Source of the DNA: an uncultured Acidimicrobiales bacterium
GTDB lineage: Bacteria > Actinomycetota > Acidimicrobiia > Acidimicrobiales > VFJN01
Assembly: GCA_963842015.1 (NCBI GenBank)
Contig: CAWJFG010000021.1
Span: forward strand, 253,284 to 317,283
Direction of reading: 5' to 3'
Length of the DNA stretch: 64,000 nt
Part shown: positions 1-13,599 of the stretch, in pieces
Layout: each line of letters opens with the position of its first letter
How positions within the stretch are numbered: position 1 is the first letter of the stretch
The notes under the pieces: model-generated
What the model was told of the DNA's origin: nothing
Databases searched by the model: none
Seen by the model: only the letters and a program-made list of their open reading frames with translations
Made by a program: the position numbers and the translations under genes

Positions 1-154
1 TGAACACGTCCTCGCCTCGCTGGAGGAACAGGTAGAGCGGCAGGTCGGGCGCGAACCGGTGCTCGCCGGTCACCGTGAAGCCGAGCCGGGCGTACCACGC
101 GGCGGTCGCGTGGCCGTCCGCCACGCGGAAGATCGGGGCGATGCTCTCGGGCAC
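1..154 (-). CDS. VOC (glyoxalase/bleomycin-resistance fold) protein, N-terminal part only; runs off the window start
   Basis: Reverse reading from GTG at 154 gives VPESIAPIFRVADGHATAAWYARLGFTVTGEHRFAPDLPLYLFLQRGEDVF, which looks like a first VOC module. It is absent from the ORF track because there is no stop inside the window. Confidence 0.4.
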   Translation of the reverse strand, partial: MPESIAPIFRVADGHATAAWYARLGFTVTGEHRFAPDLPLYLFLQRGEDVF

Positions 155-308
155 GGGCCGACCGTAATCCGGGGGTCCACCGGCCGGCGCCGCTCGGACG
201 CCAAGATCGCACCGTGCGCTCCTCGTCTCGCCGCGGTCTGCCCGGCAGGTGCCGCCGTCGGCTGATGCTGATGTTGCACATGAGGCTCCTGGTAGCTTTG
301 TTGTCGTT

Positions 309-2855
<2,547 letters not shown>

Positions 2856-3039
2856 GCCCGGACCGCCGGCGCGCGCCGGCGACGCTCACCGACCGCGAGG
2901 GGACGACGCAGTGGTGGTCACACCCGGTCGCCGATCGGCCGCGCCACGTTGCCGGGGGGCTCGACGTCGTCCTTCCGGATGACGCGCATCAGCGTGAATG
3001 GTGACGACACCCCCTCGCGCGCGGCCTACCGTCGCTGGA

Positions 3040-3831
<792 letters not shown>

Positions 3832-3833
3832 TC

Positions 3834-6380
3834 GTGCTCAAGGTCGCACTCCGGGGCCTGATGGCCCACAAGGGGCGCATGCTCACGACGTTCGCCGCGG
3901 TGGCGCTGGGCGTGGCGTTCATGGGCGGTGTCCTCGTGCTCACCGACACCATGAACCGGTCGTTCGACGATCTGTTCGCGGACGTGTTCCGCGACACCGA
4001 CGCCGTGGTCCGGTCGAACCAGACGTTCTCCAGCGACTTCGGCGACATCCGTGGCCTGATCGACGCCGACCTCCTGCCCGACGTCGAGTCGGCCGATGGC
4101 GTGCGCGCCGCGGCCGGCAGCAGCGACGGCTTCGCCCAGATCATCGACAAGCAGGGGGACCCCGTGGGCGACCCCGCGTTCGGGGCCCCGACGTTCGGGT
4201 CCACGTGGATCGCCGACGACGAGCTCAACCCGTTCGACCTCACCGACGGACACGCTCCCGAGGCCGACGACGAGATCGTGATCGATCGCAAGTCCGCCAA
4301 GGACACCGGCTACCAGGTCGGCGACACGGTGACCGTGCAGTCGCCGGGTGGCGTCAGCGACTTCGAGCTCGTCGGCATCGCCCGCTTCGGCACCACCGAC
4401 AGCCCGGGCGGCGCGTCGTACGTGATGTGGACCGAGGAGGCCGCCATGCGGTGGGTGGGCGAGGCCGGCCGCTTCTCGTCCATCTCGGTGTCGGCCGACG
4501 ACGGCGTGTCCCAGCAGGAGGTGGCCGACTCGATCGACACGACGCTGCAGGCCGAGGACGTCTCGGGCGTCGAGGTCGTCACCGGCACCGAGATCACCGA
4601 GGAGACCCAGAGCGACATCAAGCAGTCGCTGTCCTTCATCACGACGTTCTTCCTCGTGTTCGCCGTGATCGCCCTCGTCGTGGGCACCTTCGTGATCTAC
4701 AACTCGTTCTCGATCATCGTGGCCCAGCGCACCCGTGAGATGGCCCTGCTGCGAGCGATCGGCGCCCGTCGCCGCCAGGTGCGGCGGGCGGTGATGGTCG
4801 AGGCCGTGGTCGTCGGCCTGGTCGGCGCGTCCGTGGGCTTCGTCATGGGGTTGGGCGTGGCCACCCTGCTCGGGTCGGTGCTGGGCATACCCGGCGACGG
4901 CCTCGCCATCGTGCCGACGTCGGTCGCCGTGGCGATCGTCACCGGCGTGATCGTGACGGTCGTGTCGGCTCTGCTGCCGGCGTGGCGGGCATCCCGCGTG
5001 CCGCCCCTCGCCGCCATGCGCGAGGTCGCCGTCGACCGGACGGGTCGATCCCGGGTCCGGTTCGTCGTCGGGCTCGCCGTCCTGGCTGCCGGCCTCGTCG
5101 CGGTCGTCGTCGGGGCCACGGGCAGCACGATCGAGACCGTGGGGCTGGGCGTCGGGCTGGTGTTCCTCGGCCTCATCCTCGTCTGCCCCGGGCTGGCCCG
5201 GCCGGTGAGCCGAGCCATCGGAGCGCCGGTCCAGCGGTTCCGGGGTGCCTCCGGGCGCATCGCCCGCGACAACGCCAGCCGCAACCCGCGGCGCACCTCC
5301 GCCACCGCGCAGGCGTTGATGATCGGCGTCGGCCTGGTGGCCCTGCTCCTCGTGGTGAACTCGTCGATCCGGGCCTCGATCGACAAGACGCTCGACGACA
5401 GCTTCGCGGGCGACTTCGTCATCCAGTCGGGGGCGTTCGGGATGATCGGCCTGCCGCCCACCGTGGCCGCCGACATCGAGCAGATCCCCGACGTCTCGAT
5501 CGTGGCGCCGGTGCGGTTCTCGCCGGCGACGGTCGACGGCGACGACGAGGGCGTGACCGGCACCAACGAGGGCGCGTTCGAGCTGCTGGACCTGACCCTG
5601 GTCGAGGGGAACGCGGACCTGGCGTCCGGCGAGATCGTGATCACGAAGGGCCGGGCCGACGACAGCGGGCTCTCCATCGGCGACGAGATCCCCGTCACCC
5701 TCGTCGACGACGACCGGCCTGCGTCGGCACAGAACGCCACCGTCGCGGGCATCTACGAGGCGCCGGAGGGGGCTCCCGACCTGGGTGCCTTCATCATCGG
5801 GCTCGACGACTTCACCGCCGCCGCCCCGAGCTCGAGCGACGCGCAGATCTTCGTGCAGATCGCCGACGGGGCGACGATCGCCGAGGTCGAGCCCGAGATC
5901 GAGCAGATCGTGGCGCCGTACGCGGCGGCCGACGTGCAGAGCGTCGACGAGTACAAGGACAGCATCAAGAGCCAGCTGAACGTCTTCCTGCTGCTGCTCA
6001 TCGGGTTGCTGCTGCTCTCGGTGGTGATCGCCGTGCTCGGGATCGCCAACACGATCGCCCTGTCCGTCCTCGAGCGCACCCGCGAGATCGGCCTGCTCCG
6101 GGCCGTGGGGATGCGTCGTCGCCAGGTGCGGGCGACCGTGCGATGGGAAGCCGTGATCATCTCGCTCTACGGGACGGTCCTCGGCCTGGCCTTCGGCCTG
6201 GTCGGCGGGTGGGGCCTGGTCCGAGCCCTGCGTGACGAGGGGTTCGGCGTGTTCGAGGTCCCCGTGGTGCCGTTCATCGCGGTCGCGTTCCTGGGTGCCG
6301 TGATCGGCGTCCTGGCCAGTGTCCTGCCCGCCTGGCGGGCCAGCCGGATGAACGTCCTCGACGCCATCTCGACCGAGTGA
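3834..6380 (+). CDS. ABC transporter permease with two FtsX domains (MacB-type)
   Basis: GTG 3834 sits 2 nt after the ATPase stop and in frame with ORF 3468..6380. Two repeats of the 4-TM FtsX pattern are present (REMALLRAIGARRRQV and REIGLLRAVGMRRRQV), separated by large extracytoplasmic loops. Confidence 0.85.
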   Translation: MLKVALRGLMAHKGRMLTTFAAVALGVAFMGGVLVLTDTMNRSFDDLFADVFRDTDAVVRSNQTFSSDFGDIRGLIDADLLPDVESADGVRAAAGSSDGFAQIIDKQGDPVGDPAFGAPTFGSTWIADDELNPFDLTDGHAPEADDEIVIDRKSAKDTGYQVGDTVTVQSPGGVSDFELVGIARFGTTDSPGGASYVMWTEEAAMRWVGEAGRFSSISVSADDGVSQQEVADSIDTTLQAEDVSGVEVVTGTEITEETQSDIKQSLSFITTFFLVFAVIALVVGTFVIYNSFSIIVAQRTREMALLRAIGARRRQVRRAVMVEAVVVGLVGASVGFVMGLGVATLLGSVLGIPGDGLAIVPTSVAVAIVTGVIVTVVSALLPAWRASRVPPLAAMREVAVDRTGRSRVRFVVGLAVLAAGLVAVVVGATGSTIETVGLGVGLVFLGLILVCPGLARPVSRAIGAPVQRFRGASGRIARDNASRNPRRTSATAQALMIGVGLVALLLVVNSSIRASIDKTLDDSFAGDFVIQSGAFGMIGLPPTVAADIEQIPDVSIVAPVRFSPATVDGDDEGVTGTNEGAFELLDLTLVEGNADLASGEIVITKGRADDSGLSIGDEIPVTLVDDDRPASAQNATVAGIYEAPEGAPDLGAFIIGLDDFTAAAPSSSDAQIFVQIADGATIAEVEPEIEQIVAPYAAADVQSVDEYKDSIKSQLNVFLLLLIGLLLLSVVIAVLGIANTIALSVLERTREIGLLRAVGMRRRQVRATVRWEAVIISLYGTVLGLAFGLVGGWGLVRALRDEGFGVFEVPVVPFIAVAFLGAVIGVLASVLPAWRASRMNVLDAISTE

Positions 6381-6387
6381 GCTCCCC

Positions 6388-6419
6388 GGGGGCGGCCGTC
6401 CACTGCTGCGGCCGCCCCC
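6388..6419 (+). terminator. Hairpin after the ABC permease (intrinsic-terminator-like, no U tract)
   Basis: GGGGGCGGCC (6388-6397) pairs perfectly with GGCCGCCCCC (6410-6419) around a 12-nt loop. It starts 8 nt after the stop codon. Confidence 0.5.
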
Positions 6420-6473
6420 GACGAGTCCGAACCTTGCGTGCGCGGTCAGCCGCGCAGCGTAGTATCAGCCCCC

Positions 6474-7017
6474 GTGGAGACTGTGGCGGTCGGCGACCTC
6501 GTCTCGCGGGCTCGCGAGGGCGACCAGCGGGCGTGGGACGACCTGGTCGAGCGGTACCTCGGCATGGTGCACGCCATCTGCCGTGGGCACCGTCTCGCGG
6601 GCGACGATGCCGCCGACGTCAACCAGGTGGTGTGGCTGCGCCTCGTCGAGCACCTCGATCGCATCCACACGCCCGATGCCGTCGGCGGCTGGATCGCGGC
6701 CACCACCCGCAACGAGTGCCTGCGCGATCCTCCGCACCTCGGGTCGCTGCGTGCCCACCGGCGACGAGGCCAGCCTCGACGTCGCCGACGTCCGCGACGC
6801 CGGCATCGACACGGGCCTGCTGGTGTACGAACGCGACCGGGCGCTGATGACGGCGTTCGGACGGCTCGGCGACCGGTGCCAGCAGCTGTTGCGCCTGCTC
6901 ATGGCCGATCCTGCCCCGGCGTACGACGAGATCGCGGCTGCCCTCGACATGCCGGTCGGCAGCATCGGCCCGACGCGGGGACGATGCCTCGAGCAGCTCC
7001 GCCACCTGCTCGGATGA
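6474..7017 (+). pseudogene. Sigma-70 family (ECF-like) sigma factor with one +1 frame break at about 6724-6733
   Basis: Region 2 reads in frame 0 (DQRAWDDLVERYLGMVHAICRGH...VVWLRLVEHL...AATTRNECLR). Region 4 reads in frame +1 (LVYERDRALMTAFGRLGDRCQQLLRLLMADPAPAYDEIAAALDMPVGSIGPTRGRCLEQLRHLL). Removing one nt in cgcgatcctc joins them. Confidence 0.75.
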
Positions 7018-7090
7018 TGGCGGACATGTATCACGGGCCGCACAGCAGTCTCTTTGACCTCGGTGGGCCCGCCGCCCAGGAGCCATCCCG

Positions 7091-7588
7091 ATGACCGACA
7101 ACGCCGCCTCCGCCGACCTGCCGGCCGACGACGCCGACGACCTGCTCGTCGCCGAGCTCGGTCGCGTCGCAGGTGTCGCCGACCCGGTGCCCCCGGGGTG
7201 GGCGGGAACGGCGCACGACGCCTTCGCCTGGGCGGGCGTCCCCGGCCTGGAGGCTCGCCTCACCTACGACTCGCGGTCGGCGGCCGGACGCCGGGGAGAC
7301 GTCCTCCTCGGCGGTCCCGCGCAGCGCACCGTGCGCTTCACCGCGGGGGCCGGCCCGGCCCGGGTCGAGGTCGAGCTCGAGCTCGACGTCGGCGCCGACA
7401 AGGTGCGCCTGCTCGGCCACGTCCGTCCCGCCCGCCGCGCCACGGTCGTCGTCGTGTCGACCGCCGGCCGCACGACCGTGCCGGCCGACGAGTCCGGCCG
7501 GTTCCGGATCGACGAGCTGGCCTGCCGACCGTTCTGCGTGGTGGTGGACGGCCCGCAACCCCTGAAGACGGGCTGGGTCGTCACGTGA
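7091..7588 (+). CDS. Hypothetical protein downstream of the sigma factor (possible anti-sigma or partner)
   Basis: 165-aa ORF with coding-like composition. I recognise no motif; the partner role is suggested by position only. Confidence 0.5.
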   Translation: MTDNAASADLPADDADDLLVAELGRVAGVADPVPPGWAGTAHDAFAWAGVPGLEARLTYDSRSAAGRRGDVLLGGPAQRTVRFTAGAGPARVEVELELDVGADKVRLLGHVRPARRATVVVVSTAGRTTVPADESGRFRIDELACRPFCVVVDGPQPLKTGWVVT

Positions 7589-7651
7589 CGCGGCGACGGC
7601 GCCGCCCTGCGGATGCCCGCCGTCCCGGCCTCGACAAGTAGCCTGCGCTCG

Positions 7652-8908
7652 ATGTCCCGCTCCTTCTGGATCGAGACGCTGGGCTGTCCGAAGAACCAGG
7701 TGGACTCGGACAAGCTCACGGGCACGATGCTCCGAGACGGGCTGGTCCCGGCCGGCGCGCCCGAAGCCGCCGACCTGGTCGTCGTCAACACGTGCGCCTT
7801 CATCGACGAGGCGCGCCGCGAGTCGATCGACGTCATCCTCGAGCTGTCCGATCGCCGGTCCGCCGGGGCCGAGCTGGTCGTCACGGGCTGCATGGCCGAG
7901 CGCTACTCCGGCGAGCTGGCCGACGCCCTGCCCGAGGCCGATGCCGTCGTGGGCTTCGGGGTCCCGGTCACGCTCGGGCCGACCCGCGACCGGGTCACGG
8001 CGCCGTCGCTCGACCTGTTGAACCTGCCCCGCCCGGCCGCGGCCGCCCCGTGGGCCTACGTGAAGGTGGCCGAGGGCTGCGACCGCGCCTGCGGGTTCTG
8101 CGCCATCCCGTCCTTCCGGGGCAAGCAGCGCAGCCGCCCCGACCAGGCCGTCGTCGACGAGGTCGACGCGCTGGCCGCGTCGGGCGTGCGGGAGGTCGTC
8201 CTGGTCGCGCAGGACCTGGCCGCCTACGGCCGGGACCAGGGCCAGGGTGAGCGGCGCATCGTCCCGCTGGTCCAGACGCTGGCCCGGCGGGTCGATCGTG
8301 TCCGCCTGCTGTACCTGTACCCCTCCGACCTCACGCCGGCGCTCGTCGACACGATCTGCGCCACGGGCGTGCCGTACTTCGACCTGTCGCTGCAGCACGT
8401 CGCCGCCCCGCTGCTGCGGCGCATGCGCCGCTGGGGCGACGGCGACCGCTTCCTCCGCCGCATCGAGCAGATCCGGGCCCACGAGCCCGACGCCGCCTTC
8501 CGGTCGAGCTTCATCGTCGGCTACCCGGGCGAGACCGAGGAGCACCACGACGAGCTCCTCGACTTCGTGGCCGCGGCCGACCTCGACTGGGCGGGCTTCT
8601 TCGCCTACAGCCGCGAGGACGGCACGTACGCCGCCGACCTCGACGGCCACGTCGCCCCCGACCTGATGGCCGAGCGCCTGGCAGAGCTGCGCGACCTGCA
8701 GGACGGCATCACGGCGCGCAAGCGTGACGCGCTCATCGGCACGGTCGCGGAGGTGCTGGTCGACGCGCCCGGAGTGGCACGCAGCCACCGTGAGGCCCCT
8801 GAGATCGACGGCATCGTCGTCGTGCCCGAAACGTTGCGCGTCGGCGAGCTCACCAAGGTGCGGTTCGAGGGGGCGGCCGGCCCCGACCTCGACGCCGCAC
8901 CGTTGTGA
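7652..8908 (+). CDS. rimO: Ribosomal protein S12 methylthiotransferase RimO
   Basis: MSRSFWIETLGCPKNQVDSDKL N-terminus, radical-SAM CDRACGFCAIP motif and a C-terminal TRAM-like end. Confidence 0.9.
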   Translation: MSRSFWIETLGCPKNQVDSDKLTGTMLRDGLVPAGAPEAADLVVVNTCAFIDEARRESIDVILELSDRRSAGAELVVTGCMAERYSGELADALPEADAVVGFGVPVTLGPTRDRVTAPSLDLLNLPRPAAAAPWAYVKVAEGCDRACGFCAIPSFRGKQRSRPDQAVVDEVDALAASGVREVVLVAQDLAAYGRDQGQGERRIVPLVQTLARRVDRVRLLYLYPSDLTPALVDTICATGVPYFDLSLQHVAAPLLRRMRRWGDGDRFLRRIEQIRAHEPDAAFRSSFIVGYPGETEEHHDELLDFVAAADLDWAGFFAYSREDGTYAADLDGHVAPDLMAERLAELRDLQDGITARKRDALIGTVAEVLVDAPGVARSHREAPEIDGIVVVPETLRVGELTKVRFEGAAGPDLDAAPL

Positions 8909-9483
8909 GCGGAGCTGTGGCCACCTCGTTCGGGCCGTCCGCCCTCGCCACCCCCGCCAACGCCGTCACCTTCGCCCGGCTGCTGTGCGCGCCCGCGCTG
9001 TGGCTGCTGATCCTCGCCTCGGCCCCGTCCTACGCCGTGCTCGCGGTGTGGATCGTGCTGGCCGCCACCGACGGGGTCGACGGCTACCTGGCCCGCCGCC
9101 ACGGCACCACGCGGTCCGGCGCCTTCCTCGACCCGCTGGCCGACAAGGCCCTCGTGCTCGGGGCGATGTGGGCGCTCGTGGCCGCCGACACCTTCGGGTG
9201 GCTGCCCGTCGCGCTCATCACCGCTCGCGAGCTCGGCATCTCCGTGTTCCGCTCGTACTGGGGTCGCCGGGGGCTCGCCGTGCCGGCGTCGTACTGGGCC
9301 AAGGTCAAGACCGTCGTCCAGGCGGTGGCGGTGGGCCTGGCGCTGCTGCCCCCCGTGGCCGAGGACCACGCCTGGCTGGCGTCGACGGCCCTGTGGGTGG
9401 CGGTCGCGCTCACGCTCGCCACCGGCTTCCAGTACCTGGCCGAGGGCAGCCGGGCCACCGCGTCCGGTGGGGTCCGGACCTGA
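8905..9483 (+). CDS. pgsA: CDP-diacylglycerol--glycerol-3-phosphate 3-phosphatidyltransferase
   Basis: CDP-alcohol phosphatidyltransferase motif DGVDGYLARRHGTTRSGAFLDPLADK, multi-TM, and a GTGA overlap with the rimO stop. Confidence 0.85.
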   Translation: MSGAVATSFGPSALATPANAVTFARLLCAPALWLLILASAPSYAVLAVWIVLAATDGVDGYLARRHGTTRSGAFLDPLADKALVLGAMWALVAADTFGWLPVALITARELGISVFRSYWGRRGLAVPASYWAKVKTVVQAVAVGLALLPPVAEDHAWLASTALWVAVALTLATGFQYLAEGSRATASGGVRT

Positions 9484-9522
9484 CCGGCGTCCCGGCACGG
9501 GTGGCCCGAGGAGGAGGGGTTC

Positions 9523-10761
9523 GTGCGGTGTGAGGTGGTGGCCGTCGGCACCGAGCTGTTGCTCGGCCAGATCGTGGACACCAACTCGGCCTGGCTGGGC
9601 GAACACCTCGCCCTCGCCGGCATCGACCGCACGCACGGGCAGGTGGTGGGGGACAACCTCGACCGCATCGTGGCGGCGCTCGAGCTGGCGCTGAGCCGCG
9701 CGGACGCGGTGATCGTGTGCGGGGGCCTCGGGCCGACCCAGGACGACATCACCCGTGACGCCCTCGCCGCTGTCATGGGCGTCGACCTGGTCACCGACGA
9801 TGCCGCCGCCGACCGCATCCTCGAGCGCTTCGCGGCGCGGGGGCGGCGCATGCCCGCCAACAACCTGCGGCAGGCGCTCGTGCCCGCCGGCGCCACCGCC
9901 ATCGCCGACCCGCAGCCGGGCACCGCCCCCGGGCTGATCTGCCCGGTGGGCGACAAGGTCGTCTACGCGGTGCCGGGCGTCCCCTACGAGATGCAGGAGA
10001 TCGTGCGGGGCGCGGTCCTGCCCGACCTGGCACGGCGAGCCGGGACCGTGGCCGTCATCCGCTCGCGCACGCTGCGGACCTGGGGCGACAGCGAGTCCGG
10101 CCTGGCCGAGAAGCTGGCCGACCACATGGCCGCCCTCGACGAGGGCGGGCCCACCGCCCCCACGTTGGCGTTCCTCGCCAGCGGCATCGAGGGCCTCAAG
10201 GTGCGGATCACCGTCAAGGCCGACGACGAAGCCACGGCGCTGGCTCGTCTCGACGCCGAGGACGCGGTCGTCCGCGGCATCGTCGGTGACATCGTGTTCG
10301 GGGTCGACGGCGAGACGATGGAGCACGCCGTCGGGCAGGCGCTGGAGGCGCGGGGCCTCACGCTGGCGGTGGCCGAGTCGCTCACCGGCGGGCTCGTGGC
10401 GGCCCGGCTGGTCGACGTGCCCGGAGCCAGCGCCTGGTTCCGGGGCGGCGTCGTCTCGTACGCGTCCGACGTGAAGGTCTCGGTCCTCGGCGTGCCCGAG
10501 GGGCCGGTCGTCACGTCCGAGGCGGCCGCGGCGATGGCCTCGGGCGTGCGCAACCTGCTCGGCGCCGAGGTGGGCCTGGGCGTCACCGGCGTGGCCGGGC
10601 CCGAGAGCGCCGAGGGTCACCCGCCCGGCACGGTCTACCTGGGCGCGGTGGTGGGCGACGCCGACCCGGTGACGGCGCAGGTCATGCTGCCCGGCGACCG
10701 TGTCCGGGTGCGGCAGTTCGCCTGCATCTCGCTGCTCGACATGCTGCGCCGCCTGCTCTGA
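9523..10761 (+). CDS. cinA: CinA family protein (MoCF-binding N-terminus plus nicotinamide-nucleotide amidase C-terminus)
   Basis: MRCEVVAVGTELLLGQIVDTNSAWLGEHL start and ESLTGGLVAARL in the C-terminal domain. A GGAGGAGGGG RBS lies upstream. Confidence 0.9.
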   Translation: MRCEVVAVGTELLLGQIVDTNSAWLGEHLALAGIDRTHGQVVGDNLDRIVAALELALSRADAVIVCGGLGPTQDDITRDALAAVMGVDLVTDDAAADRILERFAARGRRMPANNLRQALVPAGATAIADPQPGTAPGLICPVGDKVVYAVPGVPYEMQEIVRGAVLPDLARRAGTVAVIRSRTLRTWGDSESGLAEKLADHMAALDEGGPTAPTLAFLASGIEGLKVRITVKADDEATALARLDAEDAVVRGIVGDIVFGVDGETMEHAVGQALEARGLTLAVAESLTGGLVAARLVDVPGASAWFRGGVVSYASDVKVSVLGVPEGPVVTSEAAAAMASGVRNLLGAEVGLGVTGVAGPESAEGHPPGTVYLGAVVGDADPVTAQVMLPGDRVRVRQFACISLLDMLRRLL

Positions 10762-10779
10762 CGGCGCGTGCCCGCCGGG

Positions 10780-11679
10780 TCAGCGGGCCGCGTTGGCCAG
10801 GTCGAGCCGCCCGTAGAAGAAGTTGCGGGTCTCGTCGAGGATCTGCGTCCGGTGCGTGGTGTAGGGCACGTGGCCGGTGCCCTCCCAGGTGCGGAGCACG
10901 ACCATCAGGCCCGCCGCCCTCGCCTGGTCGACGGTCGTGGTCGCCCACGAGTAGGCCACGAGCGGGTCCTGTGTGTTGTGGAACATCAGGGCCGGCGCGT
11001 CGCCGGCGTTGATGGGCCCGCTGGCGAGCTGCGCGCCCGAGATCGACTGGACCGCCCGCACCGCTGACGAGAAGCCCTGGTGGTCACCCGGCCCCGGGTT
11101 CTCGGGGCTGTAGCCCACGTTGAGGGCCGTGATGGCGCCGGCGGACGACCCACCGATGGCGATGCGGTCGGGGTCGATGCCGTACGTCGTCGCCTGCGAG
11201 CGGAGGAACCGCACCGCCGTCTGGGCGTCCTCGCGGGCGTGGCCGATGGCGGTCACGCAGCGGACGATGTCGGCGGTGCCGGTGCAGCCGCCGGACGCCA
11301 ACCGGTAGTCGATGGACACCGTCACGTAGCCCTTGCGGGCGAACACGTTGGCCTCGTCGACGATCTCGGTGGAGGTCTTCGACCCGCAGCAGAAGCTGCC
11401 GCCGTGCACCCACACGATCGCCGGGCGTGCGGTGACCGTGTCGCCGGCCGGCTGGTACATGTCGAGGCGCAGCGTGACGGTCTGCCCGTCCTGGTTGACG
11501 GCGCGGCCATAGGTGATGTTCGACGACTTGGTCACCGAGGTGAACACGTCGTCGCGGTAGCGCAGCGGCGCGTCGCCCTCCGGCGTGGCCAGCGGGTCGC
11601 ACCCGACCAGCACCAGTGCGAGCACCACGGCTGCGGCGCTCGTGAGCAGCCGGCGGCCCGGCGTGCGGTGACGACCCAT
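10780..11679 (-). CDS. Secreted/lipoprotein alpha/beta hydrolase (carboxylesterase-like)
   Basis: The ATG at 11679 lies inside the long ORF 10780..12894. Lipobox LVLVGC, oxyanion VWVHGGSF and nucleophile elbow GGSSAG are present. Confidence 0.8.
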   Translation of the reverse strand: MGRHRTPGRRLLTSAAAVVLALVLVGCDPLATPEGDAPLRYRDDVFTSVTKSSNITYGRAVNQDGQTVTLRLDMYQPAGDTVTARPAIVWVHGGSFCCGSKTSTEIVDEANVFARKGYVTVSIDYRLASGGCTGTADIVRCVTAIGHAREDAQTAVRFLRSQATTYGIDPDRIAIGGSSAGAITALNVGYSPENPGPGDHQGFSSAVRAVQSISGAQLASGPINAGDAPALMFHNTQDPLVAYSWATTTVDQARAAGLMVVLRTWEGTGHVPYTTHRTQILDETRNFFYGRLDLANAAR

Positions 11680-11753
11680 CTGACCCCCTCGAGCCGGGCG
11701 GGCGCCCGACCGGGCCCCGCCTCGCCCCGGGAACCTAGTGGGAACGACGGCGA

Positions 11754-12894
11754 TCAGGGCAGGATGGCGGTGGTGCCGGGCTCGGGCAGCTCGACCCACG
11801 TGCGCCCGGGCGTGAGGCGGATCGGCGTGCCGGCCGCGTCGAGGTACCGCGTCGGCGAGTTGGCCGCCGTCTTCACCCAGCGGGCCGTGTAGGCGACGCC
11901 ACCGGTCAGCACCAGCGCCTCGCCCTGGCCGACGAGCTGGGCCTCGCGGATCGGCACGCCGAACTGGTCGTTGGTGCCGCTGCTGGCGTAGGGGGTGTAC
12001 TGCACGATCACGTTCTCGGGAGCGATCTGGTGGCCCTCGGAGTCGACGTGGGGCGTGCCGTTCTGCCACCGGGCCCACCCGGTGCCGTTCCACGCGTAGT
12101 CGACGGGGGCCGACCCGGCCCCGACGGCGAACACGATGCGCACGCCCTTGATCGAGGTGCCCCCGGGCGCCGGTGCCGCGCCGACGGCGCGGTGGGCGAA
12201 CAGCGGGGTGGGAGGCCGCGTCGCCGCGGGATAGCTGCCGGCCCACACCTCCATCGTGCTCTCGAGCATGAGGTTGTGCGGCGCCCTGCGGTCGCCCGCC
12301 CGGGCGTAGAACTGCGGCGCGACCGGCGCGCCGACGTCGACGATCCCCGCGGACCTGATGCCGCGCCTCGAAGATGGCGTTGGCGCCCGACCAGGCGAAG
12401 AGCGGCCGGTGGAGCGGCTGGAACAGGCCGATGTCGGACGTGCGCGCCGAGCGCACGGGACCGATCGGCATGGCGTCGTGGGAGTGGTAGATGGCCATGA
12501 AGCGCGTCACGGCGCCCTCGACCCGCTCCTCGTACACGACGTCGGCGTTGTTGATGCCCGCCTGCGGGCGAGATGCCGGTTCGGCGTTGTCGATCTTCAC
12601 GATCAGCGTCGGCCGGGCGAGGGCGGCGGGGTCGGTGACCGGCAGGCCGGTGAGCGGGTAGACGGGCGGCGGCGGGGGAGGGGGCGGAGCGGTGGTGGTG
12701 GTGGTGGTCGACGACGAGGTGGTCGTCGTCGTGGTCGGCGCGCTCGCCTCGGACGACGTCAGGCTCACCGCGGTCACCGCGCACACCGCCAGGACGACGA
12801 CGGCGACGACACCCGTCACGACCTTTCCGCGGGGCGTCGACAGGAGGGCCGTGAGGCGGGCCCGCGGCCCGATCGGGGTCGGTTCACCGGTCAC
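11754..12894 (-). pseudogene. DUF3048-like membrane-anchored protein with one +1 frame break at about 12355-12366
   Basis: The N-terminal frame reads a TM segment, a Thr/Pro-rich linker and LTGLPV...IVKIDNAEPASRPQAGINNADVVYEERVEGAVTRFMAIYHS...FAWSGANAIFEA. It continues in the frame of ORF 11754..12269 (IRSAGIVDVGAPV...WVELPEPGTTAILP). Confidence 0.7.
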
Positions 12895-12973
12895 GGGCGA
12901 TGAGAGTGGCGCGGGCGGCCGTCATGACGCCAATCACCACCGCACGCCGGGTGCGCAGGTGCACACTGCGGGG

Positions 12974-13492
12974 GTGCGCCTGTTCGTCGCCGTCGTCCCG
13001 CACGAGCGTGTCCTGGCGGCGGTGGCGGCGCTCGATCGCCCCGAGGCGCCGGGTGTGCGCTGGACGACCGCCGACCAGTGGCACGTCACGCTGCGGTTCC
13101 TCGGTGAGGTCGAGGACCCGGGCCCCGTCGCCGCCGCGCTCGACGCCGCCGCCCTGGCGCCGACCACCGCGACGCTCGGCCCCCGTGTGACCGCCCTCGG
13201 GCGAGGGGTGCTGGTGGTGCCGGTCACGGGGCTCGACGCCCTGGCCGGGGCGGTGGTGGCCGCCACCGCGGGCATCGGGCGACCGGCGGCGGATCGTCCG
13301 TTCCACGGGCACCTCACCCTCGCCCGCGCACGCCGGGGGACCACGGTGCGGGCGCTGGCCGGAGCGGCGGTGGCGGGCACGTTCCCGGTGGACGAGGTGC
13401 GGCTGGTGCGGAGCCGTCTCGGGCCCGGCGGCTCTCGGTACGAGGACGTGCACGTCCGGCGGCTCGGCGAAGGAACCCGACGAGGTCCTTGA
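12974..13492 (+). CDS. thpR: RNA 2',3'-cyclic phosphodiesterase (2H phosphoesterase, ThpR/LigT)
   Basis: Two HxT motifs are present (WHVTLRFLG and [10 protein letters not shown]). GTG start at 12974, with 12959 as the alternative. Confidence 0.8.
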   Translation: MRLFVAVVPHERVLAAVAALDRPEAPGVRWTTADQWHVTLRFLGEVEDPGPVAAALDAAALAPTTATLGPRVTALGRGVLVVPVTGLDALAGAVVAATAGIGRPAADRPFHGHLTLARARRGTTVRALAGAAVAGTFPVDEVRLVRSRLGPGGSRYEDVHVRRLGEGTRRGP

Positions 13493-13493
13493 A

Positions 13494-13507
13494 CGAACAG
13501 GCGTTCG
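13494..13507. promoter_or_regulatory. SOS (LexA) box upstream of recA
   Basis: CGAACAGGCGTTCG is a perfect GAAC-N4-GTTC palindrome of the actinobacterial/Gram-positive LexA type. It lies about 220 nt upstream of the recA start. Confidence 0.7.
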
Positions 13508-13599
13508 AAACTACAGTCGTGTCGTTCCTCGAAAGCTGTCGGTCGGTGCTCTCGGATCCTCCGGTGTTCCGGTGTTCCGCGGTTCCGGCGGCCGCAAAG

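Noticed and set aside
6427-6461. ECF-type autoregulated promoter (GAAC ... CGT) upstream of the sigma gene
   Set aside because: The GAAC (6429-6432) to CGT (6458-6460) spacing is 25 nt, far from the 16-17 nt expected. The TAGTAT -10 with a leaderless start is a better reading.
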